From the human T2T-CHM13v2.0 reference genome, Homo sapiens: DNA of 64,000 nucleotides. Positions within the stretch are counted from its first letter, which is position 1, and every line of letters starts with the position of its first letter. The stretch lies in NCBI RefSeq assembly GCF_009914755.1, contig NC_060946.1, one strand, 5' to 3'. The translations under genes and the position numbers were made by a program. The notes under the pieces were generated by a model. That model had not been told where the DNA came from. It made no database searches and saw only the letters and a program-made list of their open reading frames with translations. Positions 13,421 to 25,517 of the stretch are shown here, in pieces.

Positions 13421-13635
13421 GGGGGCTCGTGAGTTTGTGGTAAATCCAGAGTCAATGCAAGAGGTTCCACCCCATGTCCTGTCCTCCCCATCAGGCCTGT
13501 TCTACAGAAGGAGGGCCTTCTGTATGCTGCTTCACAGGCAAAGGTGACACCACCTCCCTGGGAATTGCCCTCTCTGCCTTGGCAGGTTATGGATACAGAT
13601 AGCTTCTTGAGATGGGTTCCAGACAGTTGTGCTGG

Positions 13636-13703
13636 ATTTTTTCAAGAGGAATTAGTGAGGCCCACCATGGCCATCTTCTTGAGGGTCAAGTTGAAACTAG
13701 GAG
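13636..13703. repeat. Inverted repeat arm 2 (68 bp)
   Basis: See arm 1. Directly abuts an L1 ORF1 fragment. Confidence 0.97.
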
Positions 13704-14580
13704 AGATTAATAAAATGAATGAAATGAAAAATTCAATAGAGAGCTTCATCAGCATATTTGATCATGCAAGAGGAAGAAGTAGAAGAAGAGGAGGAGGAGG
13801 AGGAGAAGGAATCTGCACATTCAAAGACTCGTTATTTCAAATTATCCAATCAGAGGAGAAAAAGGTTTTTTATAAGATTGAAAAAGCATGACAAAACCCT
13901 AAGGGATTTATGAAGAAAACCAATACACACATTAATGAAGTTCCAAAAGGAGAAGAGAAAAAGAAAGAAGCTAAAAATTTATTTAAATAATACTAGCTGG
14001 AAATTTCACAAATCTTGGGAGGAAAATGGGCATCCAGATTTACAAAACTCAGAAGTTTCTAAATTGGATCAAACCAAAGAAGACACACCTGGACTCACTA
14101 CAATCAAATTGTCACAAAGAGAGAATTTAAAGGCAGTAAGAGAAAAGTGATTCCTCACATTAGGAGAACCCCCTTAAGACCTCCAGAAAATTTCTTAGCA
14201 GAAACTTTAAAAGCCAGGAGAAAGTGTGATGATATATTAAAAGTATTGAAAGAATTCAAAAACCCTGCCAACTAAGAAAACGATACTCAGCAACATTGCC
14301 TTTTAGTTCTTTTTTAATGGAGAGATAAAGACTTTCTGAGACCAAACAAACAAACAAGACTGAAGCAGATTATCACCACTAAGCATGCCTTACACAAAGT
14401 GTTTAAGTAAGTTCTTCAAACTGAAATAAAAATACACTAAATGGCAATGTGAACACATATAAAAGCATAAATCTCACTGGTCAAAGTAACTATACATACA
14501 AACACAGAATAATGTAGCACTCTAATGATGGTACATAAATGTTTTTTAACCCTAACATAAAAGTTTAAAAATACAAATAT
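13704..14580 (+). mobile_element. L1 ORF1 / inter-ORF fragment (old L1M), truncated at both ends
   Basis: Translation NEMKNSIESF..DHA..KDSLFQIIQSEEKK and RENLKAVREK resembles L1 ORF1p. Multiple stops and frameshifts. Confidence 0.85.
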
Positions 14581-15827
14581 GGTGTGAGGGTGATGGCATG
14601 GGACCACCTGAGCATCCTCGCTTGGTTACTCAGTGGTGTCCTATCCGTAAAGTCCTTGGATCCAACCCCCAAGATATAAGACCCAGAATGCCTGTGTTGG
14701 GCTCCTTCTGGGGACAGGAAAGTGGCCTCTGTGAACGAGGTCTGAACAGGTAGGGCAGTGTACTCCAGGGTGAGTTGTTCTCAGCCATGATGATGTTTTT
14801 CCAAAGAAAAGAACTTGAAGAGTCAATGTCGTTTGGCAAACATGGCTGAATCAATGTACAGGGGCTGGCTTTGCCTGAACTCCAAGTGGATGAGCATCAC
14901 TCACCCTTCTCCATGTCCACTTGGTTCCCAGCTCCCTTTGTGGCAGGACACCCTTGCCTACGCTGGGGGAAGCACACAGGAAGCAGAACCAATCCATGGG
15001 ACTTCGATGAAGGCAGAGCTGCAGGCTCAAGCCCTCTTGCCCCCAAAGTGAAACTTGGAGCTGTGGACCCTGGGAGTGCATGGGGGGAAGGCCTTGGTGC
15101 AGACAGAGGCGAGAGGCAGGGAGCAGGGCTGGGACTGCGGCTGCAGGGTGGAAACAGGTAGAGACGCTAAAGTCCAGGTTCCAAAGAACCAGAAAGAAGC
15201 CCAGGATATGAGCAAGGGTGGAACAGTGGGGCTAGCTCCCTGAGTCAGGCCTGAACACATCCAAGAACAGGTAGCCGGGGCCCCAAGGCAAGGGTGGGCC
15301 AGCCAGGTGGAAGGGCCTCTCTAGCGTCAGCATTCTAAATTTCTAAGCATGGTCTCTACCATTGGCAAGTGAATCCAATTACATGACAAATATTAACACG
15401 CTCCAGGTGCCAGCCAGCTCCGGGGGGCCCTGGAACCCTCGGTGGGTCCCTGGGCTTCCCTGAACCTGAGCTCTCACCAATCTGATGGGCGTAGATCAGC
15501 ACGGAGCTATGTCTGCTGATTCACCTGCGGGCACCTGCAATTCACTCGAGCTGCGCCTGGCAGGGAAAGAGCACTCTGTGAACAGCCCTCAGGCTCTCTG
15601 CCTCCACCTTGCCCAGCTCTAGGGCTGTGGAGTCAGGTGGGCATTCTCCTCCAGCCAGGTTCCCTCCCTGAATGACGTCAGCAAGCCCCAGCACGCTCCT
15701 CTTCCAATTCCCACTGAGCCGCACCCCTCCCCATGTCTCCAGCTGGCATCTCCCATGGGATCCGACTCAGGTGCCTGCCCGCCTCCCACCATCTCTCCCT
15801 AGATGCCCAGGCAACAGCTCACAACAC

Positions 15828-16040
15828 TGCATAGCACTCAATGTTCTCCAGAGAAACAGAGCCAACAGGAAACATAGATGATGTAGATTTAGGTCTATAA
15901 GCAATTTATTAGAAGGAATTGGCTCCTGAAATTATGAAGGCTGAGAAGTCCCCAGATCCGCAATAGGCAAGCTAGGGACCCAGGAGAGCTGATGGGGCGG
16001 CGCAAGCCGGAGTCCAAGCCAGAGGCAGGAGAAGGCTGAA
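15828..16040 (-). mobile_element. MLT2 (ERVL) LTR fragment
   Basis: GTTCTCCAGAGAAACAGAGCCAACAGGA..GGAATTGGCTC..GGCTGAGAAGTCCC. Confidence 0.75.
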
Positions 16041-18427
16041 CAGGAACAGTGACTGCCTGGCGCAGATGGCACCATGGGGCAGCTGTGCCCGGAATGTCAG
16101 GGGGAAGGCCGGGAGGTGTCCTGGCACCCAGCCAGCTGGGCTAAGGGGCAAGGCAATGAGGACATTCCAGACAGAAGCAAGGATGGAGGAGAGGCAAGAA
16201 GACACAGCCTCATGGACACACAGGGAGCGTCCAGTGGTTCCGGCTGCTGGTCTGCAAGAAGGCAAGATGGAGAGGGGAGATGGGGGAGCAGGCGGGCTGC
16301 GCTGCGACGACCTTGGCTGCTGGCCAGGAGGAAGGCATCAAGTCTGTGGCTGGGGGAGCCCCTGAGACCTTTAACTGCAGAAGTGACTTCAGCAGGACAA
16401 CCAGGATCTCAGCTCAGCGCCACCAGGGTCTTTCGCGTTGCTGCCCATCCTGAGCCGCCCCACAAGCTTGCCCTGAAGGTGGAGCGGCCGACCAAGGCAT
16501 CCTGGCTGGACCGTCCTGGGATGGGCCCTGCACAGCACAGCAGCCAGGGTGCAGGGAGTCTCTGTCCTCCCAGGCACCCTCCTAGCAGCCACAGTTCCAC
16601 GGCGCAGGCTGTGTGAGACCCCAAGAGGAAGGCCACATGCCCAGGGCTCTGGTGGTCCTTCTGCACCCAGAGGGCAGGGTCTCCATGGTAGACCAAAGTC
16701 CCCTTAAACATGCTCTCTTGGGGCTTTTGTAAGGAATTTTAGTGCTTCCTTAACAGCTCCACTGACTTATTTCTATGAATTTTTCAGGTATTTCATTAAT
16801 TGATTAATTATAAAACACAAATGTCATCTCCCCAGCACATGCCAGGTACTCCATAAGGCACTAAGATGAACGCGGGCGAGTGTGTCCTAGCTCCAGGCAT
16901 CACGCGGGGTGACGGGAGGGGTGGGGTCTGTCATGGACAGCAGGACAGCCCAGAGGGCCTGGGGACCAGCAGGTGTGGCCTGCTCCAGACAGACGGCCGG
17001 GCTCTCACGGTCCCAGCCAGCCCCTGTCCTCTCCTCTGACTGCTGGGTCTGGCCTGAAGCTCATTAAATTTTGAAGCCTCCTGGTCCACCTAGAGCCTTG
17101 TCTCTTCTATTTTTAATGTCGTCAGCCTATCAAACCCTCATAAGCCAGCGCGCCCACGGTTAGAGGTCTCTGTCCTCCAGCAATTTGTAACTTTTTCCTG
17201 TTAATTTCACAGCACTAGATGGAGAAGGAACATAAATTGGTTGAAATAAATGAAGTTCCAAATTACACGGCTCTATGTGTTAGGAGAGGAGACGTGGACT
17301 CAGGAGGGATTTTGCTAAGAGAGCTTCTCCCAGCAGATTCCCTGTTAGGGGCTAAAGATGGAGTGAGATCCTATAGAAAGAGGCCTTTAATCCGGTCCTC
17401 CAAGGCACTAGGCTGTGCCCTCTGCCCAGTTCCCTCCCTGGCCCTGGCATCGGTGGGGACTCTCATTACGGGCGGTATCCTTGCTTGCTGGGCTTGGCGT
17501 CCAATAGTGTGAGTGCGGAACACCAGCTCATCCAGGCCTTTCCGGAGCAACGTGAGCTTCTGACGGGGTCACCCTCCCCTGAAAGCCACATGGGAGACCC
17601 CAAGGGTGACGAGGGCGAGGCGGGGGAGCCTGAGGCTCTGCAGCTCCTCACAGGCTGGGCTCCTTTCTGCCCAGGAATCCTCAAGCCTGGTGTGGAACCA
17701 AGTGCAGAAGCCGTGAGGGTGGAGCAGCTGACCGAGGCGTCCCTGGTCCCCCAGAGCCTCCCAGGCACCCCCTGCAGAGAAGGCAAAGCAGCCTGGGAGC
17801 CGCAGAGGCCGAGAAACCAACCCAATCCCAGAACGCCGAAGACACCAGGCTCCCCGGACGGGCTTCCAGGGAGCCACTTCTAGCTTCACGACGTGAACTG
17901 TTTTCTCAACACATGACTTCGCAAGAGTAAAAGTCCGTATTCTCCCTAAGGCCTCCTGCGAACGCTGTGTCCAGGCCCCGCTGGGGGATCCAGGCTCTGA
18001 GATGCCCCGGCCCCATGCCAGGCTGTGGATGGGGAGTGACCGTGCACTCACCGTGGTGGCAACGCCTGTATGCGGCCTGTAGATGAACGGGGCTCAGCAG
18101 GCATTCCAGTTCAGAGCCTGGAAGAACAAGCTGGCTGCAGAGCCAGGCGGGACCCTGTGCAAGTCTGGGGGGCTCCCCACGGTGGGTGCGTGGGGCCGGC
18201 ATTCTGGGCTAAGGACACGACTACACAGACACTGGGAGCTCCAGGAAGAGGCGTAGCCTGCCGTGGGAGGGGCCAGGTCAGAGGGTGTCTGGGGAGAGGG
18301 AAGGATGGCCGTGAGGAGGCGGGAGTTGGGAGCCTTTCTTGAAGAGAGGCAGATGCGGTGAGGAAATGCTGGAAGCAGAGGAGAGATGGGGCCCGTTTTG
18401 TGGGCGGGTGGAGGCTGCGGCGGGGGC

Positions 18428-18849
18428 AGTCAAGGTTCTCCCGAGAAACAGAACCAAGAGCAACGCACAGAGAATGACGTGACGAGGAAGCTGTTTATAA
18501 GTCAGGGAGCCGGAGAAGTTCTATCCTCCGCCGTCCGCGAGCTGGAGACCCGGGAGAGCTGGGGGTGTCCTTCAGAGGCCTGAAAGCCGGGGTCAGTGGT
18601 GTGGATTCCAGTCCAACTCTGAAGGCCTGAGCACCAGAAACATGCAGGCAGGAGAAGACAGACGGCCCAGCTGAGAGGTAGACGGAGTGGGAACCCACCC
18701 AGCCCCCACGTTCGTGCCACTCACCGGGGAAGGTGTCGGCTTCACCCTGTCCACTCCACAGGCAAGCCTGGAAGTAATATTTTGCTGGTCACCTGGGCAC
18801 CGTGTGGCTCTGTCACAGTGATGGCGAAGTCACAGAATTCACCATCTCG
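18428..18849 (-). mobile_element. MLT2 (ERVL) LTR
   Basis: GGTTCTCCCGAGAAACAGAACCAA..GCTGGAGACCCGGGAGAGCTGG..GAAGGCCTGAG..ATCTGGGCAC-like end. Confidence 0.7.
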
Positions 18850-19068
18850 GGGACACACCTGGGGCAGGAAGGCTCTCCGCTGGCTCCTCAGGCAGTGCTC
18901 GCCCACCGAGTGCAGCTCCATAAATCCACATTCACCTCACCTGCCTCAGTGTCATGTCTAGGTCTGGTTCCCTTCAATTCCATTAGTTCTATTTCTGCAG
19001 CTGGTCTTAGTCCTTCTGATGCCCTAACCACTCACTCCCCGTTCCAGGCTGCCTTGCAGAACCCGCTG

Positions 19069-19260
19069 CAGCAGCTTCTCCACCACCCACAGCAGCTTCT
19101 CCACCACCCACAGCAGCTTCTCCACCGCCCGCAGCAGCTTCTCCACCCGCAGCAGCTTCTCCACCGCCCGCAGCAGCTTCTCCACCCGCAGCAGCTTCTC
19201 CACCGCCCGCAGCAGCTTCTCCACCACCCGCAGCAGCTTCTCCACCGCCCGCAGCTCCTC
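19069..19260. repeat. 21/18-bp VNTR (CAGCAGCTTCTCCAC[CRC]CCR), 9 units plus a partial
   Basis: Seven 21-bp and two 18-bp units read directly. Confidence 0.97.
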
Positions 19261-20772
19261 ACGCAGGCCTCCAGGGCATTCCGAGGCCTCTGCAGGAGGT
19301 AGAGAGAGGCCTCTCTGGGCCTGGGCGGTGAAGTCAGGACAGCTCAGCCCTGAGGGATCTAAAGTACAGGGTTCAGGGTCGAGCTCCTCCTGACCAGGGC
19401 CAAGCGGGGTGCCCAGCACAGCTTCTCAGGGGGACCCTTGAGTTGGCGTCCTTGGGAGAAGCAGGTCCCATCCTAGAACTTCCCAGGTCCGTGTAGAGCA
19501 AGATGAGGGAATGAGGCTGCCAGGCCGCCTGGTGCTGTCTGAGCCGGGAGCCTGCTCCGAGCTCCAAGCTCTGGTTCTCCATCACAATTTCCAACAGAAA
19601 AATGCGTGGCTGAAAGGAAGGAAACGCTAAGGACGCTCATGACCCTCTGCCCAGGAGGTGGCCTCTGGAGTTCGGCCCGGCCAGTCCCCATAGGGTGCCC
19701 TCTGGAGCTCACCCCTCTCTTGGGTTTGTATCGGGACGCCATGGCCGTGGGCGTGGGGCATCAGCACAGCACAGCCATCAACTCCAGATCCTGGCCTGGG
19801 GCACTCCCTCCCCTGCCCTCCCCTCCCCAGACACCACCCACATCCTGCCGCAAACACCATGCCCATCTACCATTGTCCACGTGTTCCTTCCCAGCACATG
19901 AGCTGTGGACTGATAATGACTGAAGGCCCAGCTTCCTCCAGGGACAGTGGAATTTCGAGAAGAGATTTCTGCAGCACCTTACAGGGCAGCACAGGAGTGA
20001 AGCGGGCAACTCTGACGGAGGAGGGAAGGAGGCAGGTGCAGCGGGGATGCCCGGCCCCTAAGGCCTCATGGCCCTTCAGGCAGGCAGACCCTTCTGGAAC
20101 ACCCCTGACCCCGGGCGGAGTGGGATGCAGAAGTTTCTTCTGAGACAAATTAATTGTCCAATGAGATGCCAGTAGGATTTGTCATCTGGCTGTGGGACCC
20201 ACCCCACGATTGAGAGGTGTTTGAAGTGAGTTGCCCGTCAGTTGAAGGAGGCTCCCCCGGGTGTGGGAAGCACCACGGGCCATTGACTCCCCTCCAGCAC
20301 GGCGCTTTCATCTGAAGCACATGGCTGTGTGGCCATTTACTGCAACATCAGAGAGTCCCAGAGGGGGCAAGGCGGGGCTTCTGAGCTCACCACTGGATGA
20401 AATGAAGTCTCATTCCTACCCAGGCAAGGCAAAGAGCATCCGGAGTGAAGGCCAACCCCAGCTTTCCACGCACCTCCTCCAACCTTCAGGATTTTCTCAA
20501 AGAGGAAATGTGGGAGGCGGCAGGAGGGCACCACGCTTTGTGGCTTCTCTAAGCCAAAGGCCACGCCATCCGTCTGTGGGCGCCGTGCACACCCCCAAGC
20601 CGCTGGAGGGGGCAGAGGGCTCTGCTGAGGTCACACAGCCCCCGAGAGAAGGGCTGGAAGGAGCCAAGCCTTGTGACTGGAGCAGGCTGGGGACCACAGC
20701 GGGCAAGTGATGGAGCAGACAGTTTCTTCCAGGAAAGCCCCTGCGTCCACCAAAACAGAAACAAAATACCCC

Positions 20773-20966
20773 TGTGTGCATGAGTGTGTGTGTGTGTGTG
20801 TGAGTGTGTGTGTGTGTGTGTGTCAGGTGTTCTATGTGTGGATGTGGGTGCTCATTGTGTTAGCTGTGTATGTGCTGTGTGTGTGCGTGTGTGCTGAGTG
20901 TGTGCATGTGTGCTGTGTGTGGATGTATGCTGTGTGTGTGCTGTGTGTGTGCTAACTGTGTGTGTA
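20773..20966. repeat. (TG)n microsatellite and degenerate TG-rich tract
   Basis: Near-pure TG run to about 20823, then degenerate. Confidence 0.9.
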
Positions 20967-22549
20967 CGTTGTCAATAGGGCAGTGACCTGACTGCATCAT
21001 ACTGATAAACCCACACAGGAAGACGCCTCTTCCCAAAACAGGAGTTTCTTTGTATCTTGTTGTGAGAACCTGCACCAGAGGAGCCCACGTGGAGGCGATT
21101 ACACAAGGCTTGTGCAGAGCCCACAGAAGAGGGAAAGATTCGGAAAAACCCCTCCCTGAATATCACGGTGACGGTGACCTCACAGAAGAGGGCAATGGTT
21201 GGTGCCCACCGTGTCCACAGAAACCCCAGAAGGCCGTCCCGTCCCCCCACCTACAGCCCGAGGGGTGACTCCCAGATGACTGAGGGGGCTGGGGAGGGCA
21301 GGGCAGGCAGCGTGGGCCGGGAGGGAGGGCCCAGGCCTGCGGTCTTGCTTTGCCCACTGTGGTGCTCGCCTGTACCCCCTAGTTCCGCCTGACCCGTGGG
21401 ATGCATTGACTGAACCCTGGTTTCTCCTTCTTCACCTTGGGACCGTCTCCTCAAAGTCCCTGTGACAATCCTGGGGTGTGAAAGAAGTGGGGTAGCTCTG
21501 ATTGAGGCAGGGAGGGGCCCAGAGCCCTGTGTGTGATACCCTCGAACCCCCAGTTCAGGTGTGATGTGGCCAGCCAGGTACCCAAACGCCCACCCAGGCT
21601 CAGACCTGCCCAGGTATGCAAAGAGAGCGCAGATCCCCTCGGTGAGGCTGCAGGCAGGCTCTTCCCGAAGCTGCTTCTGTTCACACATGTGCTTCCAAAC
21701 TCTCCCACTTCTCAGGAAACTCCCCTAATTGTGCCTGTGGGTCCAGGACACTGTCCCATGAGGGGGCCATGGCAGGGTCTCCCCGGACGGTATGACTCCA
21801 GGAGCCTCCTCCACCGTCCTCACCAGCCACGCTGCACACGGCCCGGCCTGACCAGGTCGGCCAACAGGTCCTCCCCGTGGGGCTGCCTAATGTCCATGGA
21901 AAGGGACAGGCCAGGCAGGCGTCGCTGGGGAAGTGAAAAGGCCCTCGAGGCTCAGACTGGGCCCCCGGCATCTCCACGGGCTTCCATGAGAGCCCACATC
22001 ATACAAGGGACGCGTGGGTGCGGGCAAAGTACACATGAATTCTCCCCGTGGCGGGGCCGGCGGGCGTTGCAGACAGAGACCCCACTGGCAAGGCCCGGAG
22101 GTGGGAAAGACTTCAGCTCAGGACACCAGCGCGGGGTCACCTCTGGAGGAGGGGGCGGCGCCTGCAGCTTTGCCTTAGCAGCGAGCAGCAGGGCTCCGAG
22201 AACCCCTGGGCCAGGTGTACCTTGCAGAGGGCGGCCTCTGCCCCGCTGTGGGGAGACAACCCCTGCCCAGGAGGTGGCTGGTGCTGAGGCCCAGAAAGCG
22301 CCCCGTCATCACGGCTGCCCCAGGCTGCAGCACTGCAAGGGCAAGGGGAGGTTTGGGGCCGGAGTCTGCAGGCTCGTCCTCACGGCGAGCGCTGAGCTGG
22401 GCCTCTCCGCGCTTTGGCTGGAAGCGCACGAACACCCTCCAGGGTTTTCAGAAGTCCGTCAGCTGGGAGGAGCGGGCAGCTCCAAGGCCTCAGATTCAGA
22501 GACCCTGGGCTGGGTCTTTCGTCTTCCTCTTTCCTGGGAAACCATCTGC

Positions 22550-22660
22550 CTTCCCTGGGCTCCTGCTTATCACCTGCAAAGTGAAGATAATGTCTTTCTC
22601 CTGAGGTTGTTGTTTTGAGAATAAAACCAGGAAGCATGGAAGCATCTGTCCAGCACACAG
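22550..22660 (+). mobile_element. MIR 3' part running into the VNTR
   Basis: TCACCTGCAAAGTGAAGATAAT..GAGGTTGTTGTTTTGAGAATAAAA resembles the MIR core/3' region. Confidence 0.55.
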
Positions 22661-23110
22661 GACACCCACGCGTGTTTACCATCCGGCACACGGGAGACCC
22701 ACGCGTGTTTACTGTCGGGCACAGGGGAGACCCACGCGTGTTTACTGTTCGGCACACGAGAGACCCACGCGTGTTTACCGTTTGGCACAGGGAGACCCAC
22801 GCGTGTTTACTGTCCGGCACAGGGGAGACCCACGCGTGTTTACTGTCCGGAACAGGGAGACCCACACGTGTTTACTGTCCGGCACAGGGGAGACCCACGT
22901 GTGTTTACTGTCCGGCACAGGGAAGACCCACGTGTGTTTACTGTCCGGCACACAGGAGACCCACACGGGGCCTGTTTACCATCCGGCACACAGGAGGCCC
23001 ATGCATCTTTACCGTCAGGCACACGGGAAACCCACGCGTGTTTACCGTCCGGCACAGGGAAGACCCACATGTGTTTACTGTCCAGCACATGGGAGACCCA
23101 CGCGTGTTTC
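22646..23110. repeat. 32-33-bp VNTR, 14 units (TGTCCGGCACAGGGGAGACCCACGCGTGTTTAC)
   Basis: Head-to-tail units with no spacers. CpG-rich. Confidence 0.97.
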
Positions 23111-24737
23111 CTGTAAGGACTGTGAAGCAGGGAGCACTTTGCCCCCACAGACAGAGGTAAAAGCTGCCACAGACCAGCTCATGCGAAACACGTAATTGTA
23201 AAACCCCAGGAAAGGAAGCCCAGCTTGGAAGGCAGAGCGGGCTGGGAGTCGTGATCCCCGCACATCTGAGAGGTCTGTTTCTGGAGGGAAACGCAGTGAA
23301 TGAAGAGTGACTATCTGTAGATTGGAGGCCATTTGCTCTCTCCTGGAGGATGGTGGAAATGGGCAGGCGGGGCTTGCCGGGCCTGGGGGCTGCAGGGTGG
23401 CGGCCTCGTTAGGTGCTGTCTGTCCACAGCGGGAATGGACGTGAAGGGAATGAGATGACTGAGCCACCGACCCTGGGGAGGGCCTCCCAGAGGCACAGAA
23501 GTCCCCTGGGAAGCTCATCACTCCTCCAGGCAATTAGGGAAGAGTCAGGCTGGGTGGAACAAGCAATTAATTACCTCCACCTTTGGGAGAAATGGAAGTC
23601 TGAGGGTCTAGCCAGGCCAGATGCGACGGCTTCACTGAAAAATGCAGCGCAAGAAGCTGCTGGACTGAAGTGGGCAGGAGACAGGGTCCACGGGAGGTGG
23701 GGTGAGCGTGGGTGGCGGTGCCGGGAGGTGGCAGTGAGGAAGGGGAGGGCTCAGCCCTGACCTCAGGCTCTCCAGTACATGGGGCACCGTGGGGAGCAGC
23801 TGTTCCCCTGCTCCAGGGTCTGCTGGAGAGACCTGAGTTGTGTGCCAGGACCTGGGGCAGAGAGGGAGGAGATGGGAAGAGGGGCCCAGGGCAGAGGCAT
23901 GGGTGCAGCTTCATGAGGCCTGGAATCCACCAGGAAGGAGAGGAGAATGTGCACAGCCACGCACACAGGTGCACACAGTCACGCACACAGGCAAGCACAC
24001 AGGTGCACACAGGCACACACGGTCCCAGACACCCAAGGGAGAGGCAATGGCCTCTCCCTGCAGCCCATGTGTCCTCCTGCCCGCCAGGCCCAGGCTGGCC
24101 CCAAGAAGGGTCAACGCTGCCACGGTGAGTGTCCTCCCACGGCTTTGTGCCAGGCTGCGGACGGCTGTCTGTGGAGGGCGGGGATGCGGTGCACCCTGGG
24201 GTACACAGGGTGTGGCACAGAGGTCACTGTGCTGTGTGGACAGGACAGGGGCCGAAGATGGGCCTGAGCATCACTGTTGCAGCCCTAGGTGAAGTGGGCT
24301 GAGGGAATGCAGGCCTGGACAGGGACAGGGAGAGACCCCGACCTGGCCATGCCACAGGAGGGTGGAGGGACGCTGGGCTTTGCCAATCCACCCATCTCGG
24401 GGGCAGGGGTTAGGACCTGGAGGGACGGAGACAACACCAACTAGGGGCTGTGGGAGATGCGGCTTGGGTGGACGAAGGGCTGTGCGAGACAGCATGAAGC
24501 CAAGATGCCCAAGGAAAAGTGGACTGTGTTGGGGGAAACGAGGCCCAGCGGGGTGGAGCTCCCAGCAAAGCACAGGCTGGAGGGGCAGAGCTAGGAGAGG
24601 GGACCCCAGAGCCCAGCCCTGCCTCCCGGCCACAGGCAGCACTTCAACCCAATCACCACACTGTGCAGATTCATTGTAGGGAAACCAGAAAATTCTGCTT
24701 ATTATAGAAGGAAAAGCAGAACCCCCACCCCCATCAC

Positions 24738-24799
24738 AGGCCCTCAGCGGTGGAGGGGACATTGCTCCAGGCCATCAGCGGTGGAGGGGAACATTGCTA
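24738..24799. repeat. ~31-bp tandem duplication
   Basis: CAGGCCMTCAGCGGTGGAGGGGA(A)CATTGCT occurs twice. Confidence 0.85.
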
Positions 24800-24976
24800 C
24801 CCAAGTGGAAACAGTAAGCCCATCCTGGGCACAGACAGCACAGTGCCCACCCCGAGCAACCTCCCTGGGCCGTGGCTGCAGAATGACCCGAGGCCCAGGC
24901 AGTGCAGCCCAGACTCACCTCTGCACGCAGCTCCCAAGGGACCCCAAGAAGGCCGGTTCCATAAAACCAGCACAGG

Positions 24977-25105
24977 TGTAATCCCAGCTACTTAGGAGGC
25001 TGAGGCAGGAGAATGGTGTGAACCCGGGAGGCGGAGCTTGCAGTGAGCCGAAATAGCGCCACTGCAGTCCGGCCTGGGCGAAAGACCAAGACTCCGTCTC
25101 AAAAA
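24977..25105 (+). mobile_element. 5'-truncated AluY (Yk-like right arm)
   Basis: GAGAATGGTGTGAACC, GAGCTTGC and GCAGTCCGGCCTGGGCGAAAG. TSD AAAASCAGCACAGG (24963-24976 and 25106-25119). Confidence 0.93.
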
Positions 25106-25517
25106 AAAAGCAGCACAGGGCAGGGCAGGGGACCTCATCACGCAGCTGCCCATCCTGGGCTTGCTGAGGCGTTGCAGCAAGGCCTGGTGTCCAGCTCTCA
25201 TGTCTTCTGCCCCTCGGACAGCAGGGCTCTCGGCACCCAGGTCCCCACTGCAGGAGCCCGGGAGGTGCCTCCAGGCCCTGTTTGCAGAGGACAGCAGGAC
25301 CTGGGGAGGGCCTGAGAATCCGGGTGAGCCTGCCGGCCAGCCAGCCCCCTGACACCGTTTGCAGCCCAGAGAGCCCCAGCCCAGTGCGATTCTGGAAGCT
25401 CCTCACTCCTTGGCCCCTCTGCCCCCTCGGCCAGGGGCTGCAGCCGCTCTCAGCAAATGAACCCCATGGAGCTGGTCCGGCCACTCCGAAGCTGCCAGCT
25501 CAGCCAGCGCTGGCCAA

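Noticed and set aside
12695-13703. Inverted repeats as terminal repeats of a novel DNA transposon
   Set aside because: No TSD, no recognisable terminal motif and no transposase. A rearrangement scar is simpler, and it is kept as a finding in that form.
21533-22618. Longest ORF (361 aa, + strand)
   Set aside because: GTG start, Pro/Arg/Gly-rich composition typical of GC-rich non-coding DNA, no recognisable domain, and the end runs into a MIR.
22646-23110. 33-bp repeats resembling a CRISPR array, and the overlapping repetitive ORFs
   Set aside because: Units are head-to-tail with no unique spacers, there are no cas genes, and the context is primate DNA. The ORFs are by-products of the VNTR.
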